Assembly: GCA_037139195.1 (NCBI GenBank)
Contig: JBAXGW010000019.1
Location: forward strand, 1 to 62,812
Direction of reading: 5' to 3'
Origin: Bacteroidota bacterium
Lineage (GTDB): Bacteria > Bacteroidota > Bacteroidia > Bacteroidales > JAHJDW01
Length of the DNA: 62,812 bases
Of the stretch, positions 1 to 9,275 are shown one piece after another (position 1 is the stretch's first letter; the number at the start of each line of letters is the position of its first letter). The notes below the pieces were generated by a model, which ran no database searches, was not told the origin of the DNA, and was given only the letters and a program-made list of their open reading frames with translations. The position numbers were made by a program, and so were the translations under genes.

Positions 1-524
1 TATTCCTTGCTGTTTTAGTGTCAGCAAATTGTTTTTCTCAAGATCCCAATAATTTACCCGACAATAAGTCATCTTTTAAGGATAGATTGTACACTGGAGG
101 AAATATTGGCTTGCAATTTGGAACGGTTACTTTTGTCGACCTTTCGCCACAGATAGGTTATAAAATAACAGAAAGATTATCTGCTGGAATTGGTGCCACC
201 TACCAATATTATAGATACAAAGACGCTACTTACGATATGTCTGCATCTGTTTATGGAGGCAGAATATTTTCAAGATTTATGATTACTGAAAGCTTTTTTG
301 CTCATGGCGAATATGAAATTCTTAATTTACAAAGATTTGACACATATAGCTATTACGATAATTCAAGGATAAATGTTGAATCATTATTGCTTGGTGGAGG
401 TTATAGAGAGGAAATAGCTAATAATGTGTATATGAATATTTTATTGTTGTATAATTTTACAGAGTCTCCTTTTACACCGTATTCAAACCCAATTATTAGA
501 GCAGGCATAGATATTGGGTTGTAA
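1..524 (+). CDS. Hypothetical outer-membrane beta-barrel (porin-like) protein, 5'-truncated by the window edge
   Basis: The ORF reads in frame back to position 1, where the upstream residues ...ILAVLVSANCFSQ look like the tail of a signal peptide. Alternating hydrophobic, Tyr/Gly-rich beta-strand pattern. The C-terminal residue is aromatic-type (..IDIGL). Confidence 0.4.
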   Translation, partial: FLAVLVSANCFSQDPNNLPDNKSSFKDRLYTGGNIGLQFGTVTFVDLSPQIGYKITERLSAGIGATYQYYRYKDATYDMSASVYGGRIFSRFMITESFFAHGEYEILNLQRFDTYSYYDNSRINVESLLLGGGYREEIANNVYMNILLLYNFTESPFTPYSNPIIRAGIDIGL

Positions 525-569
525 CAAAATTTTATTATTTCATTTTTGAACTAAAGTAAAAATTAATAT

Positions 570-1811
570 ATGAACTCCTTATTTATTGAAAATATTAAAG
601 AAGCTCTGATTTCAATCAGAAGTCATTTGCTTAGGAGCATTCTAACGGTACTTATAATTGCAATTGGCATAATGGCTTTAGTTGGAATACTTACAGCCCT
701 TGATTCTGTTAAAGGTTGGATTAATAATGATTTTACCCAAATGGGGGCAAACTCTTTTTCGATAGAAAATAGAGGAATGCATGTTCACATGGGTAAAAAA
801 AGTAAGCGACCAAAGCATTATCCAACTATTACTTATTCGGAAGCGATGGATTTTAAGCAAAAATTTGATTTTCCTTCTGTTATATCAATCTCGACTAATG
901 CATCACAGATAGCAACCTTAAAATATGGCTCTAACAAAACAAATCCGAATATAAGTGTTATTGGAAGTGATGATAATTATACTACTACCTCTGGATATGA
1001 TGTTTTTAAAGGCAGAAATTTTACATCTAATGAAATTACTTATGGGTCGCACGTTGTGATTATTGGGAGCGATGTGTCGTCGCAACTATTTAAAAATAAT
1101 GAAAATCCTATCGGGAAAATTATTGCAGTAGGAAGTGGGAAATATCAAGTTATTGGGGTTTTAAAAGAAAAAGGCTCAAGCATGGGGTTTAGCGGAGATA
1201 GAAGTTGCGTATTACCTGTTAATAATGTTAGGCAATATTTTGCTAGTCCAAATCAATCTTATAAAATAGAAGTACAAGCAAGTAATACGCGAAAACTTGA
1301 CGAAGCAATTGGCGAAGCTACTTCTCTTTTCCGAAATTTAAGAAAGTTAAAAGTTTCGGATGAAGAAAATTTTGAAATTTTAAAAAGCGACAACCTTGCG
1401 CAAATGTTAATAGAAAATCTGCGATATGTTACAGTAGCAGCTACTTTAATTGGATTAATTACTTTACTAGGAGCAGCCGTCGGATTAATGAATATTATGT
1501 TAGTTTCAGTAACAGAAAGAACAAGAGAAATTGGCGTAAGGAAGGCTATAGGAGCAACAAAAAAAGTAATTAAAAATCAATTTATAGCTGAAACAATTGT
1601 AATATGTCAATTCGGTGGAATATTAGGAATTATATTAGGGATTTTGATTGGTAATATTACTTCTTTAGTAATGAATACACCTTTTGTTATCCCATGGATT
1701 TGGATGATAGCAGGTATTATTATCTGTTTTATTGTAGGAATAATATCTGGCATTTTCCCTGCAATTAAAGCTTCTAAGCTTGATCCAATCGAGTCGCTTC
1801 GATATGAATAA
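570..1811 (+). CDS. ABC transporter permease, FtsX/MacB-like
   Basis: N-terminal TM helix, a large periplasmic domain, and a C-terminal 3-TM FtsX-type domain (ERTREIGVRKAIGATK motif, characteristic of MacB/LolE permeases). Confidence 0.8.
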   Translation: MNSLFIENIKEALISIRSHLLRSILTVLIIAIGIMALVGILTALDSVKGWINNDFTQMGANSFSIENRGMHVHMGKKSKRPKHYPTITYSEAMDFKQKFDFPSVISISTNASQIATLKYGSNKTNPNISVIGSDDNYTTTSGYDVFKGRNFTSNEITYGSHVVIIGSDVSSQLFKNNENPIGKIIAVGSGKYQVIGVLKEKGSSMGFSGDRSCVLPVNNVRQYFASPNQSYKIEVQASNTRKLDEAIGEATSLFRNLRKLKVSDEENFEILKSDNLAQMLIENLRYVTVAATLIGLITLLGAAVGLMNIMLVSVTERTREIGVRKAIGATKKVIKNQFIAETIVICQFGGILGIILGILIGNITSLVMNTPFVIPWIWMIAGIIICFIVGIISGIFPAIKASKLDPIESLRYE

Positions 1812-1901
1812 TTTTTTTTTATTATGTTTAGTTTTTTTTGAAATTATGTTTTACATTTGTAGTTATACTAATTAGGTATTAACTTAAAAAAGCAGTAAAT
1901 A

Positions 1902-2555
1902 ATGAGTGAAATTAAAGTTTTAGTTGTAGATGACCATGATATGGTTTTGTTGGGGGTAAAAACGTTGCTTTCATCCAGAGACGACATAAAAATTGTTGGA
2001 GTAGCTAAAAATGGCGAAGATGCTATTTTGAAAATTGCTGAATTAAAGCCAGATGTTGTAATTTTGGATATCGATTTACCTGATATGTCGGGTTTAGAGG
2101 TTGCAAAACGATTAATTGCTAGCTCTCCATTAGTAAAAATATTATTTCACACTGCATTTATGGATGAAAAACACATTGTAGAAGGTTTTGAAACTGGAGC
2201 AATGGGTTATGTGCCTAAAAACTTCCAACCAGAAGAATTTATTGATGCAATTAAAACTGTAAATAATGGCGATAAATATTTGAAAGGTTCAGTTTCGGAA
2301 ATATTTTTAAAGAGCTATTTTAAAGCTAAGGATGAAAAAATCCTGTCGTTAAAATATAACAATCTTACAAAACGCGAAATAGAAATATTGAAGTTAGTAG
2401 GTGCAGGAGTTCCAAATACTGAGATAGCTAAAGATTTGTTTATTAGCACTAGAACTGTTGAAGCTCACAAAGCAAATATAATGGGTAAGCTTAACATAAA
2501 CACAACTGTTGAATTGGTTAAGTTTGCTATTAAAAACAAATTGGTAGTTTTATAA
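1902..2555 (+). CDS. Two-component response regulator, NarL/LuxR family (REC + HTH_LuxR)
   Basis: KVLVVDDHDMVLLGVK...DIDLPDMSG receiver motif with the phospho-accepting Asp context. C-terminal LTKREIEILKLVGAG...T helix-turn-helix. Confidence 0.85.
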   Translation: MSEIKVLVVDDHDMVLLGVKTLLSSRDDIKIVGVAKNGEDAILKIAELKPDVVILDIDLPDMSGLEVAKRLIASSPLVKILFHTAFMDEKHIVEGFETGAMGYVPKNFQPEEFIDAIKTVNNGDKYLKGSVSEIFLKSYFKAKDEKILSLKYNNLTKREIEILKLVGAGVPNTEIAKDLFISTRTVEAHKANIMGKLNINTTVELVKFAIKNKLVVL

Positions 2556-2562
2556 AATAAAT

Positions 2563-2766
2563 CACTATTGTCCGATTAAAACGATATGAAACAAAATCTT
2601 CAAAGATTTCTCACTTCGTTCGAAATGACTATCAAAAGGTTACGGATAAGAGGGCGGGCTTGATTGTGACGAAGTCGCAATCAAGCCCGCCCTCTTAGTT
2701 TCGTTGCAAAACCACCGTCATTTCGACCGCAGGGAGAAATCTAATATATTTTATCGGACAACAATG
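2563..2766 (+). repeat. Nested-palindromic MITE-like repeat element, copy A. The 14-bp TIR is cactattgtccgat/atcggacaacaatg, and the central GC-rich hairpin spans 2648-2696.
   Basis: Directly aligned with inverted copy B at 60488-60691 and partial copy C at 62762-62812. The conserved arms are reverse complements of each other. The central ~22-bp stem is GC-rich, in contrast to the AT-rich genome. Confidence 0.7.
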
Positions 2767-2782
2767 AAAATAAATAATATAC

Positions 2783-2819
2783 GAAAAAAAAGAGTTGATT
2801 TTGTCAACTCTTTTTTTTG
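2783..2819. terminator. Bidirectional rho-independent terminator between convergent genes
   Basis: The sequence aaaaaaaa-agagttga-ttttg-tcaactct-tttttttt forms a hairpin flanked by an A-run and a T-run. Confidence 0.6.
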
Positions 2820-2846
2820 TTCAATTGTTTCGTCTTGAAAAAACAA

Positions 2847-4451
2847 TTATTTTTCAATAATAATATTTTGAGTATTTGATTTTATTTGTTGGCTATCAAA
2901 ATCAAGCTTAATTTTAAGTTCTTTAGCTTTGTAGCCTTCTTTTTCTACCTTCACAGAATAATTAATATTTGCAGGAAGTGTTAGGAAATAGTTGCCGTTC
3001 TCATCAGAATTAATAATATAAACTTCCTTGCTAATATCATTTGTAAAAGTAATCTTTGCTGATTCAATGGTTTTTTCCGTGTTATCAGTGATTATTCCTT
3101 GAATAATCGAAAGGTTAGCATTTGCAACATTGCTGTTAAACTCACTGCAATTTGATAAATCTATCTCGTATATATCGTATTCGCCAAGTCCATCATCTTT
3201 TTTTGCAGAAACAAATGCTTTTTTATTGTCGGCTCTAATCACAAAATGAATTTCATCTTTTATTGTGTTTATTGGATATCCTAAATTTGTAGGAGTAGAC
3301 CATTGTCCATTTTCAAATTTGCTCTTAAAAATATCGTAGCCACCCATTGAATTATGACCTTTTGAGCTAAAATACAAGGTTTTTCCATCAGGGTGAATAA
3401 ATATGCCTATTTCATCTTCAGGAGTGTTTATCATTGGTCCCAAATTTACTGCTGGGCCCCACTCAGTGGAAGATATTTTTGTAGACTTCCAAATATCGCC
3501 ATTTCCTAATCCTTTTTTTCTCTCACTTATGAAATACAATGTATTACCATCAGGAGATAAACAAGCAGAGCTTTCGAAAAAACTTGAGTTTATAGGACTA
3601 GGCATTGGTTTAGGAGCACTCCATTTGTCATCTTTTTTCTTTGAAAAATATATATCGCCACTTTGAGTTTCTTTAGGTACGTTACGGTATGTATATAAAA
3701 TGTTCCCATCTGTACTTAAGCTTAATGATGCATCAAATCCTTCAGTGTTAAGTTCTTCAACTGGAGTTGCTTCAGTCCAATTTTGCTTAGTATCGTCCCA
3801 TTTTGACATGTAAATATCGTCAAAATAATTTCCTGTATTAGGATCTAAGCCGCCACCTTTGGTATCTGGGCGTCTGCTAGTAAATATTAATGTTTTTCCA
3901 TCTGCAGAAATACAAGGTGCAGCATCTGTATAAATTGAATTTACATTTAAACCTAGATTTTTTATGTTAACATTTAAAGGCTTGCTCATCATTGTTTTTG
4001 CAAAATTTATTTGCTCAATTAATTTATAGGCTGAGCTATCTTTTTTGTCTTTTTCTGTAATTAATTTAGAATTATAGGTCTCGTATTCTTTTAAAGCTTT
4101 GTCTAGATTTCCCATTGCTTGAAAACATTCGCCTAATTCTATAAACAATCGTCTGTTATAATTCGGATTTGCTTGCTTTGATATTTCAAAATGCTCAATA
4201 GCTTTATCAAACGACTTTGTTTCATACAAACACTCACCTAAGAGAAAATTAATCTTAGCGTCATTTTGATATTTAGTTGCCATTTGTCTAAGCATTCTAA
4301 TTGCTCCATTGAAATCTTCATCACTAAATTTCGATTTAGCCTTCAAAAGTTGATATTTATATCCGATTCCTTTACCCTGAGCAAAGGTATTTGTGTTTAC
4401 TCCAAAAATGCAAAATGCAATGATAACAAGGGATTGTATAGATTTTCTCAT
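2847..4451 (-). CDS. Secreted TPR + WD40-like (TolB-type) beta-propeller repeat protein with a C-terminal carboxypeptidase-regulatory-like domain
   Basis: Signal peptide. TPR-like helices (KAIEHFEISKQANPNY..., LDKALKEYETY). Repeated DG(K/N)TLYF(T/S)S propeller blades. C-terminal ENGNYFLTLPANINYSVKVEKEGY is typical of CarbopepD_reg. Confidence 0.55.
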   Translation of the reverse strand: MRKSIQSLVIIAFCIFGVNTNTFAQGKGIGYKYQLLKAKSKFSDEDFNGAIRMLRQMATKYQNDAKINFLLGECLYETKSFDKAIEHFEISKQANPNYNRRLFIELGECFQAMGNLDKALKEYETYNSKLITEKDKKDSSAYKLIEQINFAKTMMSKPLNVNIKNLGLNVNSIYTDAAPCISADGKTLIFTSRRPDTKGGGLDPNTGNYFDDIYMSKWDDTKQNWTEATPVEELNTEGFDASLSLSTDGNILYTYRNVPKETQSGDIYFSKKKDDKWSAPKPMPSPINSSFFESSACLSPDGNTLYFISERKKGLGNGDIWKSTKISSTEWGPAVNLGPMINTPEDEIGIFIHPDGKTLYFSSKGHNSMGGYDIFKSKFENGQWSTPTNLGYPINTIKDEIHFVIRADNKKAFVSAKKDDGLGEYDIYEIDLSNCSEFNSNVANANLSIIQGIITDNTEKTIESAKITFTNDISKEVYIINSDENGNYFLTLPANINYSVKVEKEGYKAKELKIKLDFDSQQIKSNTQNIIIEK

Positions 4452-4555
4452 AAAAAGGTAGAATAATTTACAGAATGCTAAAATAATAATTTTTTAGCAC
4501 TAAACAAACTAGATTGTCGAAATATTTTATAAATTATTGAAACTCTTTTAAAAAC

Positions 4556-5335
4556 CTACTGAATAAATGGATTGCTAATAATTTTTTCTGACAGTTTAAA
4601 GTAATAATCGAGTGCACGTTTTTTGTCATTATCTAAGTTATAATTGATATTTTCTATTAAATACTTTTTTGCTTCATCATCGGATATTTGACAAATATCT
4701 TTTCTATATAAATCTACAGAAGCGTCAATGTTCATAATTCCATATTCTAAAGCACTATTTAACGAACGTAAAAACTCAACAGGAAGTTCTTTGTTACTTA
4801 CCCAACAAGCAAAAACAAATGGAAGCGAGGTCATTTCTTTCCATTCATTTGCCAAATCATACTTGAAATTATATTTGTTTTCTATTGCAAATGTTTTATC
4901 GCCTATAACTACTCCAGCTTTTTCTTTGTCAATGTTTTTTTCAAATCCTTCTTCACCTTTTTCCCATTTAGGATTAATTTTCCATTTATGAAGTGCTAAA
5001 ATTCTAGCTAATTGTACGGATGTTCGCGAGTGGTAGTCGAGAATTATTGTTGATATATTTTCAACAGGTTGGTTGCTATAAAGTGCAACGGTTTTAACAT
5101 TTCCATTTGCTCCAATGCAAAAATTTGAAATTATTTTTGCGTTTTCAATTTCTGGTATGGCTGCTACTGGAATTAACCCAATATCAACTAAACCCATTTT
5201 TAGTTTATATGCACATTGCGAAGGTATGTCTTTTTGAAGTTCAATTTTTGTGTCAAAATTATAGTTCTCAAGTCCATATCTGAAAGGAATGGAGTTAAGA
5301 TAATTTACAATTGATATTTTAATAATATTTTTCAT
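4556..5335 (-). CDS. MqnA/MqnD-family protein (chorismate dehydratase / futalosine-pathway SBP-like fold)
   Basis: The N-terminal IKISIVNYLNSIPFRYGL matches the YLN(T/S)xP signature of MqnA. Length ~260 aa. Confidence 0.5.
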   Translation of the reverse strand: MKNIIKISIVNYLNSIPFRYGLENYNFDTKIELQKDIPSQCAYKLKMGLVDIGLIPVAAIPEIENAKIISNFCIGANGNVKTVALYSNQPVENISTIILDYHSRTSVQLARILALHKWKINPKWEKGEEGFEKNIDKEKAGVVIGDKTFAIENKYNFKYDLANEWKEMTSLPFVFACWVSNKELPVEFLRSLNSALEYGIMNIDASVDLYRKDICQISDDEAKKYLIENINYNLDNDKKRALDYYFKLSEKIISNPFIQ

Positions 5336-5818
5336 TTATTCTTCAATGGGCAAAAACTTTTCAAATCCTGGATACAGAAGTTTTTCTTTGGCAATTTCAA
5401 CGTCATAAGTGAAATAATGAATCTCTGCTTGGGCACATAGTTCACCATCGTTATTGTATATAAAAGTATCAATAACAGCAATATTTCGCATCATCTTGTT
5501 TAATTTTGCCGTGATTTTTAATGGTCCTTTATTTGTGTAAACGGCTTTTTTTAAGCGAATATCCATTTTAGAGGTAACGCCAGATGTTTTTAATTTAACA
5601 AAAACAACCCAGCTGGCTATTTCGTCGAGTAAAGTTGCTTGAATTCCGCCATGTAAAATATTAATCCATCCCTGAAAGTGAGCTTTAGGTTCCCAATAGG
5701 ACACAATCATATCATCAACTTCTGAGAAAGTAAGTTGCAAGCCTGTTTTATTGTCAGGTGAGCAGCCAAAGCATTGATATCCATTTATTTCAGTGAAGGG
5801 GTTATTTAATTTTTTCAT
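5336..5818 (-). CDS. Hotdog-fold (PaaI/4HBT-like) thioesterase
   Basis: 160 aa with a GW..ILHGG...LLDE motif region typical of PaaI-family thioesterases. Its start abuts the stop of the MqnA-like gene. Confidence 0.55.
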   Translation of the reverse strand: MKKLNNPFTEINGYQCFGCSPDNKTGLQLTFSEVDDMIVSYWEPKAHFQGWINILHGGIQATLLDEIASWVVFVKLKTSGVTSKMDIRLKKAVYTNKGPLKITAKLNKMMRNIAVIDTFIYNNDGELCAQAEIHYFTYDVEIAKEKLLYPGFEKFLPIEE

Positions 5819-5844
5819 GGCTTATCAAATTAAAACTTAAAAAA

Positions 5845-6786
5845 TTATTTTTTAGCTAATTTCATTTCTGAAACAATATGACAATGGCTAATAGCAAGAT
5901 TTTCAAAGGAAATATTTTTGTATTTTTCTGGAAGAATCATCGATTTAATAATTTCTGGACTCCCAAATTCTTTCCAATATTCGGTAATAGGGATGTTTAG
6001 CTCTGAATAAATATTTTCAAAATCGAAATATCGTAGTCTGTTTTGTGGTTGAATAGAATTGTCAATACATTTCCATTGTTTGTCGGAAAATTTCAAAAAA
6101 TTATAAATAGATATTGAACTATCATTATGCGCAAAATGATCGCTCATGTCTATTAAATGAGACATTACGCCGTTTTCCTTGTTAACTACTCTGTGAAATT
6201 CTTTAATAATTGGCGTTAAAATTTCAGGATAAATATGCTCAAAAGTGTTATTTGAATTTACTAAGTCAATAGAATTACTTTCCAAAGAGAGTTTACGGGC
6301 GTCTTCAATTAAATATGTAATTTTTAGTTCACTTAATATGTCTTCTAATGAAAGTTTATTTCGATTTGAATATATTGATTTTATTGCATCTAGTCTTTCT
6401 GGCAGAACCTTGAAATATTTTCGCAAAATCGATTTATTTTCAAAATCAATAAATTTTTCAATCGTAAAAATTATTTTTTCTTTTGAAGTTAAAAAACTAA
6501 TATCTACCGAATTGATTTTTTCGGTTCCAATTAAAAAGAGACTAATTGGAACAATTGGATACCAACCAGTTCCGATTTCTAAACTTGTTGTTGGATATTC
6601 TTTATTTGAGAATTTTTTATATGAATTGATATGAGTTTTTGCATGATCGAGCCTGCTCAAAAAATAATCGTCAGTTAGATAAACACCTTTGGTAATATGT
6701 TTTTGGAAAAAATAGTTTATTTGCTGACTTTTAGGTAAGTACGATATGCTTTTTTGCACAATAGCTTTTAATACCCACTTTTTCAT
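5845..6786 (-). CDS. Class I SAM-dependent methyltransferase
   Basis: Motif I LEIGTGWYPI, with downstream acidic residues consistent with SAM binding. Confidence 0.55.
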   Translation of the reverse strand: MKKWVLKAIVQKSISYLPKSQQINYFFQKHITKGVYLTDDYFLSRLDHAKTHINSYKKFSNKEYPTTSLEIGTGWYPIVPISLFLIGTEKINSVDISFLTSKEKIIFTIEKFIDFENKSILRKYFKVLPERLDAIKSIYSNRNKLSLEDILSELKITYLIEDARKLSLESNSIDLVNSNNTFEHIYPEILTPIIKEFHRVVNKENGVMSHLIDMSDHFAHNDSSISIYNFLKFSDKQWKCIDNSIQPQNRLRYFDFENIYSELNIPITEYWKEFGSPEIIKSMILPEKYKNISFENLAISHCHIVSEMKLAKK

Positions 6787-6946
6787 ATTATTTTAAAACT
6801 ATTTTTTATACTGAAATAATTAAATTGTAAAGTTGATTTGTAGTGCAATAATACAAATATTAAATATGTTTACATAATGATATTAGCAATAAAAAAAGAC
6901 TTTCGGTTTTGTCGAAAGTCTTTTTAGTTGTGTATCAATTAGATAA

Positions 6947-9058
6947 TTAATGAATAATTTCAAATGATTTTGTATAGTTGCTTGTTGAATTGTCAGTTAA
7001 GCGATACAAATAAATGCCATTTTCAAAATTAGAAGTATTAACCGTTGTTGAAGCGTTATTGTTTTCAATTGTTTCAGAATAAACAACTCTTCCGGTATTA
7101 TCGAAAATTTGAAGATGTGATTTTTCTGTGCCTTCAAGCAAAGGAATTGTAATAGACTCGTTTGCTGGATTAGGATATGCAGGAAATAAATTGTTTAATG
7201 CATTATTATATTCAATACCACTAATTATTCCATGAAACCAATCGTGGGTAGTTTTCATTACTTGTTTCCTTACATTAATATCAGCAATCATTTCTATGCT
7301 TGTTCCAAAGTAAGCTGTTTTGTAAGTTCCACTGTAATTTCTAACACCTGCTTTTTTTGTTGTTAAATTATTATAATACATTGTAACAAGTGCGCCAGTT
7401 CCAGCTGAAAGCTCATCAGGATACATGTTAGAACCTCCATATACATTTGTGATTGCAGAACTAGCCGATCCATAAATATCTGAAGAGTTCATATTTAATA
7501 GGTTGTTAGCTGAAGTTCCATCAGCTACAAATCCCGTTTTCAAATATTGAGTATAAAACAAAGTGATTGCAGAGGTGCTGTACCCTGATGTAGCATCGAA
7601 AGAAGCCCATGCAGCATCTTGACCAGAAATCATTAGATTTCCACCATTGGTTAAAACAGATTTAAAATAAGGAATAGTTACATCTGTAAAAGGAGGGAAT
7701 GACCATCCAATATTATAATAAACGTGTTTTGCTTCTGTTAATTTATTTGCTTTTGATAATGCAGAAAAAGCTGCTAATGACGTAGATGCATAGCTTGTAT
7801 TTCCTGCAAAATTTAATCCGTCTAAATAGTTGTTTTCAAATACTTTGGCAGTTGTGTCAGAACCGTCGCCCCATCCTGCATCGTTGTTTACCACCAAATC
7901 GGTAACTCCTGAAATAACATAATAAACAGAAGTGCTAGCTGGCGCATTAGGATTTGCTTGAGATTTCATTGAAATTGTATATGTGCCAACATAAGGAGTT
8001 GCTCCTGGTGTAATATTTAGCATAAGTTGAGCAGTGTCTAAGCTATTGATTTTTATCGTAGTAGTAGAATCATAGGCAACTCCTAAGTAAGATAATGCCG
8101 CATTCCAATTAGTTGGAGCATCAGCCGTTAAAGAAACTATAAAGCTATCAGCTGTATTCAATAAGTTAGAAGCTACTACATTAAAGTTATTAGCAGTTCC
8201 ACTAGTGCCAAGGTCAGCATTTTCAGTAGAAGCAACCGAACCTATGTATAATTCAGATGTTCCATCGATATGTCCATTTTTTGCAGGAGCAACAAAACCT
8301 GTAATTATTTCTTGATGACTTTCAGCAACATATACAGCAACATCGCAATTGTTTACATTAAAGTTAGCAGGTACAGTATAAGTATAAGTTTTTGTTACTA
8401 AAGAACCTTGAGTTGTGGTTTGCGTTGTATCACCCCATTGACCAGTCAAAAACCATCTTAGCATGTGTTTATGATTATAGTTTGCACCACCATTGGTTTG
8501 ATAACCTATAACATTGTTTTCCAGCAAGGCTACATTAATATAGTTAATATTAGTTTTGCTATTGTTAGTATAATACAATTCAACGTTTACAGTGAGTAAC
8601 CTTGAAGCAGAATCAAAAGAAGTTTCAAAACCAATATTCACTTCTGATGGTAGCGAAAAAATCCTTGGTGCATTTGGTTCCCATTGTCCACGACTTAATG
8701 CTGTTGTGCTGCTTACGTCAGGGAAAACATGACGGTTTAAAGTTCCTGATGGATAGCCTGTTAATCCAGTTTGACCAGCAATAGCATCGCCAAATATTGT
8801 CCTATAATCTGGTTGACCTGTACCAGGAACTGCAAAAGAACCTTGATGAATATTAACTAATACAACTCTGCCTGTATTTGAATCTGCAAGAGCTTGTGCA
8901 ATTTTATGCCCATCTGGGCAATATTGGCAGTTGATGCCAGTAAATTCTTCTAATACCACATTTCTAAGCTGTGCATTAGTCGTTACAATTGTTTGAGCAT
9001 GTATTCCTGTTTGAAGAAAAAGAAATAATGCAAGAAAAAGTGCGTAAATTTTTCTCAT
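6947..9058 (-). CDS. Omp28-related outer-membrane/surface protein with a T9SS C-terminal sorting domain
   Basis: Signal peptide. N-terminal LEEFTGINCQYCPDGH motif as in the Omp28 family. C-terminal ...FPAYPNPANESITIPL...GIYLYRL is a Por_Secre_tail. Confidence 0.55.
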   Translation of the reverse strand: MRKIYALFLALFLFLQTGIHAQTIVTTNAQLRNVVLEEFTGINCQYCPDGHKIAQALADSNTGRVVLVNIHQGSFAVPGTGQPDYRTIFGDAIAGQTGLTGYPSGTLNRHVFPDVSSTTALSRGQWEPNAPRIFSLPSEVNIGFETSFDSASRLLTVNVELYYTNNSKTNINYINVALLENNVIGYQTNGGANYNHKHMLRWFLTGQWGDTTQTTTQGSLVTKTYTYTVPANFNVNNCDVAVYVAESHQEIITGFVAPAKNGHIDGTSELYIGSVASTENADLGTSGTANNFNVVASNLLNTADSFIVSLTADAPTNWNAALSYLGVAYDSTTTIKINSLDTAQLMLNITPGATPYVGTYTISMKSQANPNAPASTSVYYVISGVTDLVVNNDAGWGDGSDTTAKVFENNYLDGLNFAGNTSYASTSLAAFSALSKANKLTEAKHVYYNIGWSFPPFTDVTIPYFKSVLTNGGNLMISGQDAAWASFDATSGYSTSAITLFYTQYLKTGFVADGTSANNLLNMNSSDIYGSASSAITNVYGGSNMYPDELSAGTGALVTMYYNNLTTKKAGVRNYSGTYKTAYFGTSIEMIADINVRKQVMKTTHDWFHGIISGIEYNNALNNLFPAYPNPANESITIPLLEGTEKSHLQIFDNTGRVVYSETIENNNASTTVNTSNFENGIYLYRLTDNSTSNYTKSFEIIH

Positions 9059-9275
9059 AATTTAGTAATATTTTAGTTTGCATTTTGGTTTAGCATACGA
9101 ATTTAAGTAGATTATTTAAAATAACAATAAATATTTTGTTAAATTTAACCGATTTAGCATAATATTGGTTTTTTTAAAACATATACAAATCAGGTATATA
9201 TGAAAATTCTTTATCATTATTTGTATGTTCTGAAAATTTGATGTAGGTTTGAATAAAATTTGAAATTATAAAGCA

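Noticed and set aside
678-860. Short ORFs nested antisense inside longer genes, from the six-frame track (examples: 678-860, 3403-3666, 4728-4991, 6245-6634, 8602-8784, 13778-14077, 18100-18402, 22374-22587, 25070-25591, 26856-27152, 47085-47726, 51198-51587)
   Set aside because: All lie fully inside well-supported longer genes on the opposite strand or frame. They are low-complexity AT-rich translations with no recognisable motifs and are most likely spurious.
2648-2696. GC-rich 22-bp hairpin as an intrinsic terminator for the response-regulator gene
   Set aside because: No U/T tract follows the stem. The same hairpin architecture recurs inside the MITE-like element at 60563-60603, so it belongs to the repeat. 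The real terminator is the A-run/T-run hairpin at 2783-2819.
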